The position numbers and the translations under genes are program-made. A DNA stretch of 64,000 nt, from contig BTUM01000024.1 in the NCBI GenBank assembly GCA_045863235.1, positions 1 to 64,000 of the forward strand, written 5' to 3'. A model generated the notes under the pieces. That model was not told the origin of the DNA. It ran no database searches and saw only the letters and a program-made list of their open reading frames with translations. This stretch comes from Candidatus Xenobia bacterium. Its GTDB lineage: Bacteria > Vulcanimicrobiota > Xenobia > Xenobiales > QWHO01. How positions within the stretch are numbered: the first letter of the stretch is position 1; every line of letters begins with the position of its first letter. This document shows positions 40,051-50,000 of this stretch, one piece after another.

Positions 40051-41016
40051 TCAGGACTCGATGCCGGAGGGGGCCAGCACGACCCGGTCGTACAGGTCCC
40101 CGTAGAGCTTTCGGACCTCGCCCTGGACCTTGTCCGGCGCGGCCTTTACCGAGCAACAGGCCACGACGTCTTCAGGAATGAGTTTCGCCATCTCCCCCCA
40201 GCGCCCTTCTCGGGAAAGCCGATGAAGCTCGCGGTGCAATTCCCCGTGGCCGATGACTTCGAGCACCTCGGCATAGGCCGGAGTCGAGCCGTAGAAGGCG
40301 ATTGACTCGCGGACCTTGCGCTCGAGCAAATTCTGGGTGGCCTCGTCACCGGTGATCACGAAGACATTGCCTACCACCTGGACGGCCTTGCGCTCTCGCC
40401 CGGCCTTCTTCAGCCCGGCCTCCAGCGAAGGCAGGGTGACCTTTTCGACGTAGGCCCGGTTGGTGAAGGGATGGCCGCTCAGAAAGTCGGCCGCCTCGCC
40501 GGCCAGTTCACTCATCTTAGGCCCCACGGCGGCCACTCCGATGGGAATGGTGGGATGAGCGATGGGGCCGGGGTTGAAGAAAGGCGTCATGAGCGTATGG
40601 CGGTAGTGTGTACCCTGGTATTTCAGGGGTTCACCGCTCTGGAAGGCGTGGAAGATGGCTCGCAGGGCGGCGATGTAGTCGCGCATCTGCTCGATGGGCT
40701 TGTCCCAGGGCATCGAGAAGCGTTTGGTGATGTGCGCTTTGACCTGACTGCCCAGACCCAGCCACAGGCGGCCGCGCGAGAAGCGCTGAATATCCCAGGC
40801 GGGGTAGGCCATGCTCATCGGGTTGCGGGCCAGGGCCACGGCGATGGCGGTCCCCAGACCGAGCTTCTGGGAGCCTTCAGCGGCGCGCAGCAGGCTCAGG
40901 AAGGGGTCGTGCTTGGATTCGGGGACCCAGAGGCAGTCAAAGCCTCGCTCTTCGGCCCGACGGGCCACCTCGGGGGCGGTCTCCAGGTCTCCATCAAACA
41001 CGGCGTCAAACAGCAT
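40051..41016 (-). CDS. LLM-class F420-dependent oxidoreductase (TIGR03617-like)
   Basis: ESKHDPFL, GTAIAVALARNPM, LGLGSQVKAHITKRFSMPW, LMTPFFNP, AAVGP and FYGSTPAY. Confidence 0.88.
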   Translation of the reverse strand: MLFDAVFDGDLETAPEVARRAEERGFDCLWVPESKHDPFLSLLRAAEGSQKLGLGTAIAVALARNPMSMAYPAWDIQRFSRGRLWLGLGSQVKAHITKRFSMPWDKPIEQMRDYIAALRAIFHAFQSGEPLKYQGTHYRHTLMTPFFNPGPIAHPTIPIGVAAVGPKMSELAGEAADFLSGHPFTNRAYVEKVTLPSLEAGLKKAGRERKAVQVVGNVFVITGDEATQNLLERKVRESIAFYGSTPAYAEVLEVIGHGELHRELHRLSREGRWGEMAKLIPEDVVACCSVKAAPDKVQGEVRKLYGDLYDRVVLAPSGIES

Positions 41017-41109
41017 CGCCCGGGCTTCACCGGACGCGACGGGATTCCTACGAGTTCGAGAGCCTGTTCGGGAGGACTTGAATGGATTTCAGCGAGAACA
41101 TGCAGGAAG

Positions 41110-43551
41110 ATGGCTCTTAAAAACGTTCTGACGCGCTTCCTCGAGTCGCAGGAAGGCCGGGGGACCCTGGCCGCCGTGCACCGCCAGGAGGCGCGCGAGG
41201 CCCGCTACGGAGAGTGGCCCGAGCATCTCGACCCCGAGCTGATCGCCATGGTGAAGGCCCGCGGCATCGAGCGCCTTTACAGCCATCAGAGTCAGGCCAT
41301 CGTTCATGTGACCGGAGGGCGCCACACAGTCATCGTGACCCCCACCGCCTCGGGCAAGACCCTGTGCTACAACCTGCCGGTGCTCCAGGCCATTCGCAAG
41401 GACGATTCGGCCCGTGCCCTCTACATGTTCCCGACCAAGGCCCTGGAGCAAGATCAGCTGGCCGAGCTGCAAGAATCCATCGACGCCCTGCAGGGGACGG
41501 CCCGGGTGTTCACCTACGACGGCGACACTCCGGCCGACGCGCGTCGCTCCATCCGCAGCCGGGCTCACGTGGTCATCACCAATCCCGACATGCTGCACAC
41601 CGGCATTCTCCCGCACCACACCCGCTGGTCGCGCTTTTTCGCCAACCTGCGCTATGTGGTGATGGATGAGCTGCACACCTACCGGGGAGTCTATGGCAGC
41701 CACCTGGCCAACGTGCTGCGCCGCCTCAAGCGCATCGCTGCCTTTCACGGCTCCAACCCGGTCTTTGTCATGTGCTCGGCCACCATCGCCAACCCTCGCG
41801 AGCTGGCCGAGGCCCTGGTCGAGGCACCCGTCGAGCTGGTGGACCAGAACGGTGCCCCGGCGGGTGCCAAGACCTTGATCTTCTACAACCCTCCGGTGCT
41901 GAGCAAGGAGCTGGGCATCCGCCGCTCCTACCTGACGGCCTCGCGCTGGATCGCCTCGCGCTTTTTGAAGGCCGACCTGCAGACCATCGTGTTCGCGGCC
42001 AGCCGGCTGAACGTCGAGGTGCTCTCGCGCTATCTCAAGGACCGCTTCGAGCGGACCGTGCAGGACGAGGGCAAGATTCGCGCCTACCGGGGCGGTTATC
42101 TGCCCGGGGCCCGCCGCGAGATCGAGCGCGGGCTTCGCCAGGGAACCATTCGCGGGGTGATCAGCACCAACGCCCTGGAGCTGGGCATCGACATCGGCAG
42201 CCTGCAGGCCGCCGTGCTGGCCGGTTATCCCGGCACGGTGGCCAGCACCTGGCAGCAGGCCGGTCGGGCCGGTCGCCGCAACGAGGAGAGCGCGGTGGTG
42301 CTGGTGGCCAAGAGTGACCCGCTGGACCAGTTCCTGATGGAGAACCCCCGGTATTTTTTCTCGGCCAGCCCCGAGCACGCCCTGATCAATCCCGATAACG
42401 TGGCCATTCTGGTCAGCCACCTCAAGTGCGCCGCCTTCGAGCTGCCCCTGGAGGAAGGCGAGAGCTTTGGCCGGGCCGAGGTGGGGGAGATCCTCCAGTT
42501 CCTGGCCGAGAACGAGGTGCTGCACCGCTCGGGCGGCCAGTACCACTGGACTCAGGAGGCCTACCCGGCCGACGCCATCTCGCTGCGCAGCGCCTCGCCC
42601 GAAAATTTCTGCATCATGGACGTGACCGAGAAGAACAAGGTGATCGCCGAGGTGGACTGGCACTCGGCCCCGTCCACGGTCTATCAGGATGCCATCTACA
42701 TGTGCCAGGCCCGCACCTACCAGGTGAAACAGCTCGACTACGCCCAGCGGCGAGCCTACGTCAAGCCGGTGGAAGTCGATTACTACACCGACGCCATCAC
42801 AGCCACCTCGGTCAAGATTCTGGATGGCTTCGAGCGCTCCGACCTGCCCGCCCAGAAAGCGCGGCGCGAGCACGGCGAGGTGCACGTCACCTGGCGGGTG
42901 AGCGGCTTCAAGAAGATCAAGTTCTACAGCCGCGAGAACGTGGGTTACGGCGAGGTCAACCTGCCCGACCACGAGATGCACACCACCGCCTTCTGGCTCA
43001 CGCTGAGCCACGACCTGCTGGCCAGTCTGGGCTTCCCCCGCTCCGACCTGCTCGATGGAGTGGTGGGGCTGGCTTACTGCCTGCACCACCTGGCCCCGTT
43101 CTACCTGATGTGCGACCTGCGCGACCTGGACCGCTGCGTGGGCGACCGGGCGGCCACCTGGTTTGCTCGCTCCGACCGCGACACCCAGGGGCGCTACAGT
43201 TTCGCCCCGGTGGAGGAGCATCTGGAGAACGCCGAGAGCTGGATGCGCCTGGGAATGGATCCTTTGGAGCGCGCCCAAACGCTCGAATCCTTGCCGGTTT
43301 TCGAACCCACTTTGTTTCTCTACGACAACTACCCGGGCGGAATGGGGTTCTCGGCGCAGCTCTACGATCAGTCCCACGAGCTGCTGGGGCGGGCCATGGA
43401 GCGGCTGGAGCACTGTGAGTGCGAGTCGGGCTGCCCCTCCTGCGTGGGTCCGCCGAACGAGGTCGGCAATGCCTCGCGCCTGGTGGCTCTGGCCATTCTC
43501 AGGTCCCTGGTGGAGCAACCGGCAGAGCTGGTCCTGAGCGGCAGGAGCTGA
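41110..43551 (+). CDS. DEAD/DEAH helicase with DUF1998 (MrfA/SftH/YprA-like)
   Basis: LYSHQ, TPTASGKT, TNPDMLH, DELH, SATIAN, ALELGIDIG, QQAGRAGR and C-terminal CECESGCPSC. Confidence 0.93.
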   Translation: MALKNVLTRFLESQEGRGTLAAVHRQEAREARYGEWPEHLDPELIAMVKARGIERLYSHQSQAIVHVTGGRHTVIVTPTASGKTLCYNLPVLQAIRKDDSARALYMFPTKALEQDQLAELQESIDALQGTARVFTYDGDTPADARRSIRSRAHVVITNPDMLHTGILPHHTRWSRFFANLRYVVMDELHTYRGVYGSHLANVLRRLKRIAAFHGSNPVFVMCSATIANPRELAEALVEAPVELVDQNGAPAGAKTLIFYNPPVLSKELGIRRSYLTASRWIASRFLKADLQTIVFAASRLNVEVLSRYLKDRFERTVQDEGKIRAYRGGYLPGARREIERGLRQGTIRGVISTNALELGIDIGSLQAAVLAGYPGTVASTWQQAGRAGRRNEESAVVLVAKSDPLDQFLMENPRYFFSASPEHALINPDNVAILVSHLKCAAFELPLEEGESFGRAEVGEILQFLAENEVLHRSGGQYHWTQEAYPADAISLRSASPENFCIMDVTEKNKVIAEVDWHSAPSTVYQDAIYMCQARTYQVKQLDYAQRRAYVKPVEVDYYTDAITATSVKILDGFERSDLPAQKARREHGEVHVTWRVSGFKKIKFYSRENVGYGEVNLPDHEMHTTAFWLTLSHDLLASLGFPRSDLLDGVVGLAYCLHHLAPFYLMCDLRDLDRCVGDRAATWFARSDRDTQGRYSFAPVEEHLENAESWMRLGMDPLERAQTLESLPVFEPTLFLYDNYPGGMGFSAQLYDQSHELLGRAMERLEHCECESGCPSCVGPPNEVGNASRLVALAILRSLVEQPAELVLSGRS

Positions 43552-43578
43552 GTCGCCGGTCGAGCAACTCTCGGCCTC

Positions 43579-44640
43579 ATGCGAAGACACCTGACCACCG
43601 TCCTGATCCTCAGTCTGCTGGGCTGGCTCAACCTGCAAGAGCCGGTGCGCAAGATCGGCCAGGTGGGCCAGGGCCTGCGAGTCGCTTCGGTGAGCCCGGA
43701 CGGGCAGCTGGTGGTGGGCTGGAAGGCCGAGGCCGGTGGGCGCTGGAGCTATGCCGTCTGGCAGACCCAGAGCGGCAAGGAGATCGTCCCGGCGCAACTC
43801 ATCTCCGACCCGCCGGCGTCCAGCAACCCCTTCGCCTGGGGTCCCGACGGCCTGCTGGCCGTTGGCTACGGCGATCAGGTCGCCCTCTGGCAGGGGGGCA
43901 AGCTCAAGCGCAAGCTGAAGGCGGATTGGATGGTGCGCGACGTGCGCTTCTCCGGCCCCACTCTGATGGCCCGAGTGGACAAGGGGGTGTTCCTCTGGAC
44001 CGCGGCCACTGGCAAGCTGATCTGGGGGATGCGCCAGGAGCATTTGCTGGCCGCGCGACTCAGCTCCAACGGCAAGACCCTGGCCACCGCCAGCCTGGAG
44101 GAGCCGATCTTCGTCTTCGATGTGACCGACAAGCGCCTGATCGGCCAGCTGCCGGCAGGCCAGGCCACCGTCAACCTGGAGTTCTGTCATCAGGACGAGT
44201 GGCTGGCCTGCGCCTTCCGCTATCGCAGCGATCGCCAGAAGGACTGCGCCCTGGTCTATCACTGGCCCAGCGCCCGTCCCTTGAGTCGCCCCCTCTCGAA
44301 CCCAGCCCTGATGGGTTTTGCTGTCAGCCAGGACGGGGAACGACTGCTCACGCGCTCGGCCAGTATGGTCCGCATCTGGGAGGGGGGAACGGGAAATCTG
44401 GTTCATCAGAAGGATCTGCCCAGCGGGGCCATGGACGCCCTGTCGCCCGATGGCCGGCTGGTCGCCACAGTGGCCCAGGGCCAGGTCGAGTTGTGGCGCA
44501 GCCAGGACGGAAGGTCTCTTGCCAGCTTGAGGGAGGCCGAGCCGGTCACAGCCGTGTCGCTGCCTTCCAACGGGGTACTGGGGGTGCTGGCCGGCAGTTG
44601 CTCGGTCTATGCTCTCAGGGCGGATTGGTCTGGACGTTGA
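43579..44640 (+). CDS. Exported WD40/beta-propeller protein
   Basis: Signal-like N-terminus and repeated SPDG/SSNG/SQDG blades. Confidence 0.8.
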   Translation: MRRHLTTVLILSLLGWLNLQEPVRKIGQVGQGLRVASVSPDGQLVVGWKAEAGGRWSYAVWQTQSGKEIVPAQLISDPPASSNPFAWGPDGLLAVGYGDQVALWQGGKLKRKLKADWMVRDVRFSGPTLMARVDKGVFLWTAATGKLIWGMRQEHLLAARLSSNGKTLATASLEEPIFVFDVTDKRLIGQLPAGQATVNLEFCHQDEWLACAFRYRSDRQKDCALVYHWPSARPLSRPLSNPALMGFAVSQDGERLLTRSASMVRIWEGGTGNLVHQKDLPSGAMDALSPDGRLVATVAQGQVELWRSQDGRSLASLREAEPVTAVSLPSNGVLGVLAGSCSVYALRADWSGR

Positions 44641-45259
44641 CCTGCCGGCCTCCGGGTCGTTTGAGGGTGGGCAGGATGGACGTTTCCAGGCGGGAGACCA
44701 CGTCCATCATCTCGGTCTCGACGTTCAGCCGCAGAGGCTCTCCTTCGCCGTAGGCCACCTCGAAAAGGCGCACGCCGGGGGCCAGGCGCCGCACGTCGGT
44801 ACGAGCGGGATCGACCCAGTTCGTCTGCAATTTGTCGGGCACGTTGGCCAGCGGCTCAGGAGGCGTCATCGGATCGAGGTCCAGATCGTAGGTCTCCTGG
44901 TAGCGCACCTCCTTGTTTGCGCTCAGCCAGTAGATGGCCACGCGTTTCTGGAACAGCATCTCGGCGGTGCGGGGATGATAAGAGAGCTGGCCCTGGGCAT
45001 CCTGGTTGGAAACGAAGACCAATCCCGTCAGGGGTGGGGCCAGCAGGGCGATGCTCTCCGGATCGGCACCTTGCAGCTCCTCGCGCACCCGCGCAACCAC
45101 CAGGGCCGCCCGCGTCTGGGCCGAGGCCTTCTTGTCGCTGCGCACCCAGCTGCGCAGGACGGGGCCGGTCAGGCCCACGAGCAGGGCCAGCACCATCATC
45201 AGCAGGCCGGCTGCCACCAGAAGCTCGGCCACCGTGTGGGCGTCGCGTCCTCGGCTCAG
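44615..45259 (-). CDS. Prepilin-like protein (PilW/PulJ type)
   Basis: SRGRDA-HTVAELLVAAGLLMMVLALL class III signal-like N-terminus with Glu+5. The probable start is CTG 45259. Confidence 0.7.
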   Translation of the reverse strand: MSRGRDAHTVAELLVAAGLLMMVLALLVGLTGPVLRSWVRSDKKASAQTRAALVVARVREELQGADPESIALLAPPLTGLVFVSNQDAQGQLSYHPRTAEMLFQKRVAIYWLSANKEVRYQETYDLDLDPMTPPEPLANVPDKLQTNWVDPARTDVRRLAPGVRLFEVAYGEGEPLRLNVETEMMDVVSRLETSILPTLKRPGGRQVNVQTNPP

Positions 45260-46992
45260 TGAACCCTCCGCAGGGAGTAGAGCTGGAACTGCCCGTAAGT
45301 GTGCAGAGCCTGCAGGTACGAGGGATCATACTCCAGGTTCAGGCTGAAGAATCCCGTCCCCTGGAATTCCATGGACTGCGGATCGGGGGGCGGGAACTGC
45401 ACCAGGGAGCCGTTCTGGAGATTGGCTTCCTCCTCATAGACCCGAACCGCCCCCCCCCCGATGACCAGGCCTCCCCGGATCGTGAACTGCTTGAGTTGCT
45501 GCGCCGTACCCGTGCCCAGGGTCACGCTGCGCATCTCGGGATAGAACAGGGCGCTGTCGCGGACCACGATGAGACCGCGGTAGTCCCCGCTGGCCTTCAT
45601 CAGAAGCCGCTGGCAGTAGATCACCATGCCCTGGTCGACGGCGTCGAGCATGCCGCCGTCGATGGTCAGGGTGCCCCGCACCACCAGCGTGGCATTGCTG
45701 CCGATGAGAAGAGGCTGGGGATTGTTGCCCACGTCGGTCAGCGGGCCGCTGAGATCGAGGTCGCCGTCCACGAACAGGCGCGCGTTCTTGAGCATCAGCC
45801 GGGAGGGGCGAATCCGGACTTCGCGGTCATCGGTCACCACCAGGGGCCGGGGGATGTAACGGTTGCCCATGGAGCCCTCCACCACGAAGGCCGAGCCGAT
45901 GGCGTATTGAGCCGAAGGATCGCGCTCATGATCGGCTGGGGGGGCGTCCTGGATGGCCAGGCTCTGGTTCATCAGGTAGAACGGCCTGCCTTCACGCCGG
46001 AAAAGGAGCTGGCGCCCCTGGCTGTCGGTCTCCGAATTGATCAGCGCGTCCCCGGAGGAGCGGATCAGGAAGTTCCAGTCACTGGGGACGCCCGGTCCGC
46101 CGGTGATGCTATTGAGAAAGTCGGAGGGAAACTCCAGGTCGACCCGGGACGTTCCCCTCCAGGTATTCCCTCCGCCCACGGCCACTCTTGGCTGGCCCGC
46201 AAGGGGGTCGCGTTTGACGAAGTCCACGTTTCCGATCAGGCGATTGCCGGTGCTCCAGGACAGGCTCGAGCTCGGATCGCGACGCCCCCCGATGGTCACG
46301 CCCGCATGCTCGAGGGCGGAGATGTGGCTCCCCACTCCCTGCATCTGGTCGGCGGACAGGGCCAGCGGATAGCGATGCAGGGGCTCGCCCTCGACCCGGG
46401 GGAAGCACAGCAGATTCCCGGTGACCGAGGAGCCGGGCCCCGGGCTGGTCCCGATCCGGTTGGCAGCCAGGGCGACCGGCTCGGAGCTGGCCAGAACGTA
46501 GGGCCAGCGCTTCTGGACCAGGGCATCGAACCACTGCACCCTCGGACCCGCTTTGACTCGGATGAGAAGTTGGGCCGAGTAGGGCGGAACCGACTTCGCG
46601 TCGCCCTGGTCGAGACAGCTGCGCGCAAAGAGCGAGTTCTGGGAATTGTCCAGAGAGTAGTAACCGCTTTCCCGGTGAGGGGTGAAGCCGATGGCCACCT
46701 CGCCCCCGAGTCGCTGCGAGTCCCGAGCGCCGAACAGGTTCTGCCAGTGGTAGCGCTGGGACAGGCTCTGGCCCGACAGCGGGTCGTCGGGCTGGTCTCG
46801 GCGCCGCTCTGCATCGATAAACTGGGACAGCGCCGCGCGGGCAAGCTGCTCGCTCTGGGCGTGCTCGCGGAAGTTGCGGGCAAAGTCGAGCTGGGTGAGA
46901 CAGAAGCTGGCCACCAGCAGGCAGAAGGCCAGCAACAGCACGGATCCGGCCAGAACCGTCGCCACCGCCACCCCGCGCCGCCCGAACTTCAT
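45256..46992 (-). CDS. PilX/GspK-like minor pilin with large beta-rich domain
   Basis: MKFGRRG-VAVATVL hydrophobic helix without Glu+5, and AQSEQLARAAL. The C-terminus has parallel-beta-like repeats (LFVDGDL, LVVRGTLTI, YRGLIV). Confidence 0.75.
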   Translation of the reverse strand: MKFGRRGVAVATVLAGSVLLLAFCLLVASFCLTQLDFARNFREHAQSEQLARAALSQFIDAERRRDQPDDPLSGQSLSQRYHWQNLFGARDSQRLGGEVAIGFTPHRESGYYSLDNSQNSLFARSCLDQGDAKSVPPYSAQLLIRVKAGPRVQWFDALVQKRWPYVLASSEPVALAANRIGTSPGPGSSVTGNLLCFPRVEGEPLHRYPLALSADQMQGVGSHISALEHAGVTIGGRRDPSSSLSWSTGNRLIGNVDFVKRDPLAGQPRVAVGGGNTWRGTSRVDLEFPSDFLNSITGGPGVPSDWNFLIRSSGDALINSETDSQGRQLLFRREGRPFYLMNQSLAIQDAPPADHERDPSAQYAIGSAFVVEGSMGNRYIPRPLVVTDDREVRIRPSRLMLKNARLFVDGDLDLSGPLTDVGNNPQPLLIGSNATLVVRGTLTIDGGMLDAVDQGMVIYCQRLLMKASGDYRGLIVVRDSALFYPEMRSVTLGTGTAQQLKQFTIRGGLVIGGGAVRVYEEEANLQNGSLVQFPPPDPQSMEFQGTGFFSLNLEYDPSYLQALHTYGQFQLYSLRRVH

Positions 46993-47005
46993 GTCCCGAA
47001 ATGTA

Positions 47006-50000
47006 TCATAAAGTCGGATCAACTTCTCGAATGCGGGGGATGGCACCGGCTTCTTGCAGGCAACGCTCCACGGCCTCGCGGTGCTTCTCGGCCAGAACAG
47101 GGTCGCGCACCTGGAAGTAGGCGGCCAGCAGCCGGTGCGAGTTGGCCTGCTCGAGCGGATTCTGGAGCACCTCGAAGGTTTCCAGGGCTTCCTGGTAGGC
47201 TGCCAGTGCCTCCTCCTGGCGACCGGCGCGGTCCGCCATCTCGCCCTCGAGCCGGCGCAGGATGGCTTCAAACAGGGGATAGAGTCCGCTGCTTTCAATT
47301 CGGGCCGCCTTGATCCGTTGCGTGGCCTTCTCGCGGCCAGCCCGGTCGCGGGCCAGGCGCACCGTGGCGCAGGCCTCCAGCAGGCGCGATTCGGCCATGT
47401 AGTAAGGCGCGTGGCGAAGTTTACAGGTTCGCGTCGAGGTCTCGCCGCACTCCAGGGCGTCCTGCCAGCAGCCCTCGGCGAAATAGGTCCAGCCCCGGGC
47501 CAGCTCGATGAGCATCGTCAGGAACGGCAGGCTCAGCTTGCGCGCGCGCCGCTCTGCCTGGGCCAGGTGGCGGTTGGCCTCGGCCACCTCGCCCCGCAGG
47601 GCGGCGATGTGGCCCATGTTGATCAGGCTCAGCATGAAGTCGACCTTGCTGGAGGTCGATTCGGCATACTCGCGGGCTTTGAGGGCATGGTGAAAGGCTT
47701 CGTCCAGCCGCCCGCGGTAGCGCGAGATAAGCTGCAGCACAGTGTGGTTGAGGGCCAGTCCATGAATGTCGCCCAGTCGCTGGGATAGCTCCAGGGCCTG
47801 CATCTCCAGAACCAGGGCGTTGCGCACGTCGCCTACCACGAACAGTAGATAGCCCGACTCGCGCAGGAAGGCGGCCTTTTGCAGCGAGTCACCCAGCTCG
47901 CGGGCCATGTCGGCGGCCACCCGCAGCTGGCGCCTGGCGTGCGGCATCATCACGCGCGGAAAGAACAAGATGGAGTAGCCCGAGAACAGCTTGGCCTGGC
48001 CGGCCGCCTCGCGGCTGTTGAGCACGCGAGCGATGAACTGCTGGCGTAAGGACATATCCAGGGTGTCCAGGACCCACCCCTCCGGGCGCAGGAAGAAGAG
48101 CACCCGGGTGAGTCGCTCGAGCACGCGCTCCATCTCGTCGGTGCGGCGAAGGTCCTTGCGGTAACCGGGCACGACCGCCTTCTTGCGCAGAAACTGGCCC
48201 AGCTGGCGGAACGGAATGCCGATGGTGGCCAGGAAGCTCATGGAGGGGAGCTTGATGCCCAGCTGCTTGAGAGCGTCTTTGAGGCAGCGCTGGGCCTGGC
48301 GCAGGTCGCCCAGGCGCTCCCAGCAGGTGCCCAGCTTGCGCAGCAGGCGGGCGTGCTCGAGCGAGTCCTTCACCCCCCCCAGCAGCCAGGTGTAGGTCTC
48401 CAGCGCCATTTCCGTCAGTCCCGCCCCGTAGTTGGCGTCGGCCAGCTTCTCCTGCAGCTCGCGACGGCTGAGCACCGTCTCCACCTCGGGTATGTCCAGG
48501 GCGCGCTGGTAAAGGTCGGCCGCCTCGAGGTAAGCGAAGGCCTGGGCGGAAGCGTCGCCGGCTCGCACGAGGTGGATGACGGCTTGCGAGCCCTGGCCGC
48601 TGAGCCGGTAGTGATGAGCCAGGCGGGCCGCCTGGCGCTCGGGGTTGGCCAGGCCCTCGAGGGCCCGCGCGGCCCGAGCGTGCAGGTCGACCTGCAGGTC
48701 GGCCGGGGTGCCCTCCAGGAGCACTTCCAGGATGGGCTGGTTGTAAAAGGTGAGAAAGCCGCGTTCGCGGGCCTCGGTCAGGATCTTGCGCCCGACCAGG
48801 CGCTCGACCCGGTCGATCAGCTCCTCCTGGGGGATATTCCACGCCCGGGCCAGCACCTCGAACTCGAAGGTGCGCCCCAGGACCGCGGCCTGACGGGCCA
48901 CCCGGAGATCGCCGGGGTCAAGACCGGCCAGGCGGCGCTCCACGGCGTCTCGCACGGTCACCGGAATACGGCTGCCCCCGGCCGAGGTGCGCGGCAGAGC
49001 GGTGGATTCCAGGTTCCACGAGCCCCGATCCAGGCGCAAGCGCCCTTCGGCCACGAAAGTCTTGAGGATTTCGGCGATGAACAGCGGGTTGCCCTCGGTC
49101 TCGTGAAACAACCGCGCCTGGGTCTCCGGCTCTACCGTGCCCTGCCCCAGCATCGAGCTGACCACGGCCGCCGTCTGCTCCTGGCTCAGCGGGTCCAGGG
49201 GAATCTCGTCCATCCCCTCCAGGCGCACCAGGGAGGCTCGCACTCGCATGAAGGCATCATTGGAGCCGACCAGCTCGTCGCGACAGCTGGTGACGATGGC
49301 GATGGGCAGCGACTCCTCGGCCTGCCCCAGCAAGCTCCGCCCTGCGTAGTGCAGGAATTCGAGGCTGGCCGGGTCGGCCCACTGCAGGTCTTCGAGAAAG
49401 ACGACCAGCCCCCGATGGCTGGCCATGCGGGCCAGCAGGCGTACCATTCCCTCAAAGAGGTGGAATTTCAGCAGCGGATCCTCGCGGTCCACATGGGGCT
49501 CGCCCAACTCGGGAAAGAGTACCGATAAGGCGTCGCGGAAAACCTCCAGTTCCGCAGGCAGACCGTTCTTGAGGCTGCGCCTGAGAATGCGAATCCAGGG
49601 GTTGTAGGGAAGGGCCTCCACCTCGTTGCCGTAGCCCCAGACGCACGCCAGGCCGAGCGAGCGGGCCTGACCGGCCAACTCCTGGAGAAAGCGAGTCTTA
49701 CCCACCCCGCTGACGCCTTCTACCAGCACGAGTGCGCCGCGCTCGTGCAGCCGGTCGAGCCGCTCGAGCACCTGACGCAGCTCCTGGTCTCGTCCCACGA
49801 AGCGGGGGGTGAAAAGCTGCTCGGGCGGGGAGGCGTGAGCGACCGGCAGTGGCTCGGGGCCGATCAGGTCGACCGGGGTGCCAAAGGCGTGGTTGAGCTC
49901 CTCCAGGAGCTCGGCGGCGCTCTGGAAGCGGTCGGCTGGCTCCTTCTCGAGCAAGCGCATGGTCATCTCCACCACCGGCTGTGGCAGCCAGGGACAGTGC

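Noticed and set aside
40471..41109. N-terminal extension of the helicase ORF in the track (1026 aa)
   Set aside because: It overlaps the LLM oxidoreductase on the other strand. ATG 41110 gives a family-typical start.
41110..43551. Helicase as a DISARM DrmAB or Druantia defence component
   Set aside because: No methylase or partner genes are nearby, and the architecture matches stand-alone MrfA/SftH repair helicases.
41089..44406. 1105-aa minus-strand ORF, and similar long antisense ORFs (8647-10569, 44917-47313, 59533-61446, 54817-56529)
   Set aside because: They mirror well-supported genes on the opposite strand and have no motifs, as expected in GC-rich DNA.
46993..47298. N-terminal extension of the PilX-like ORF
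   Set aside because: It overlaps the kinase gene, and the class III-like signal begins at ATG 46992.
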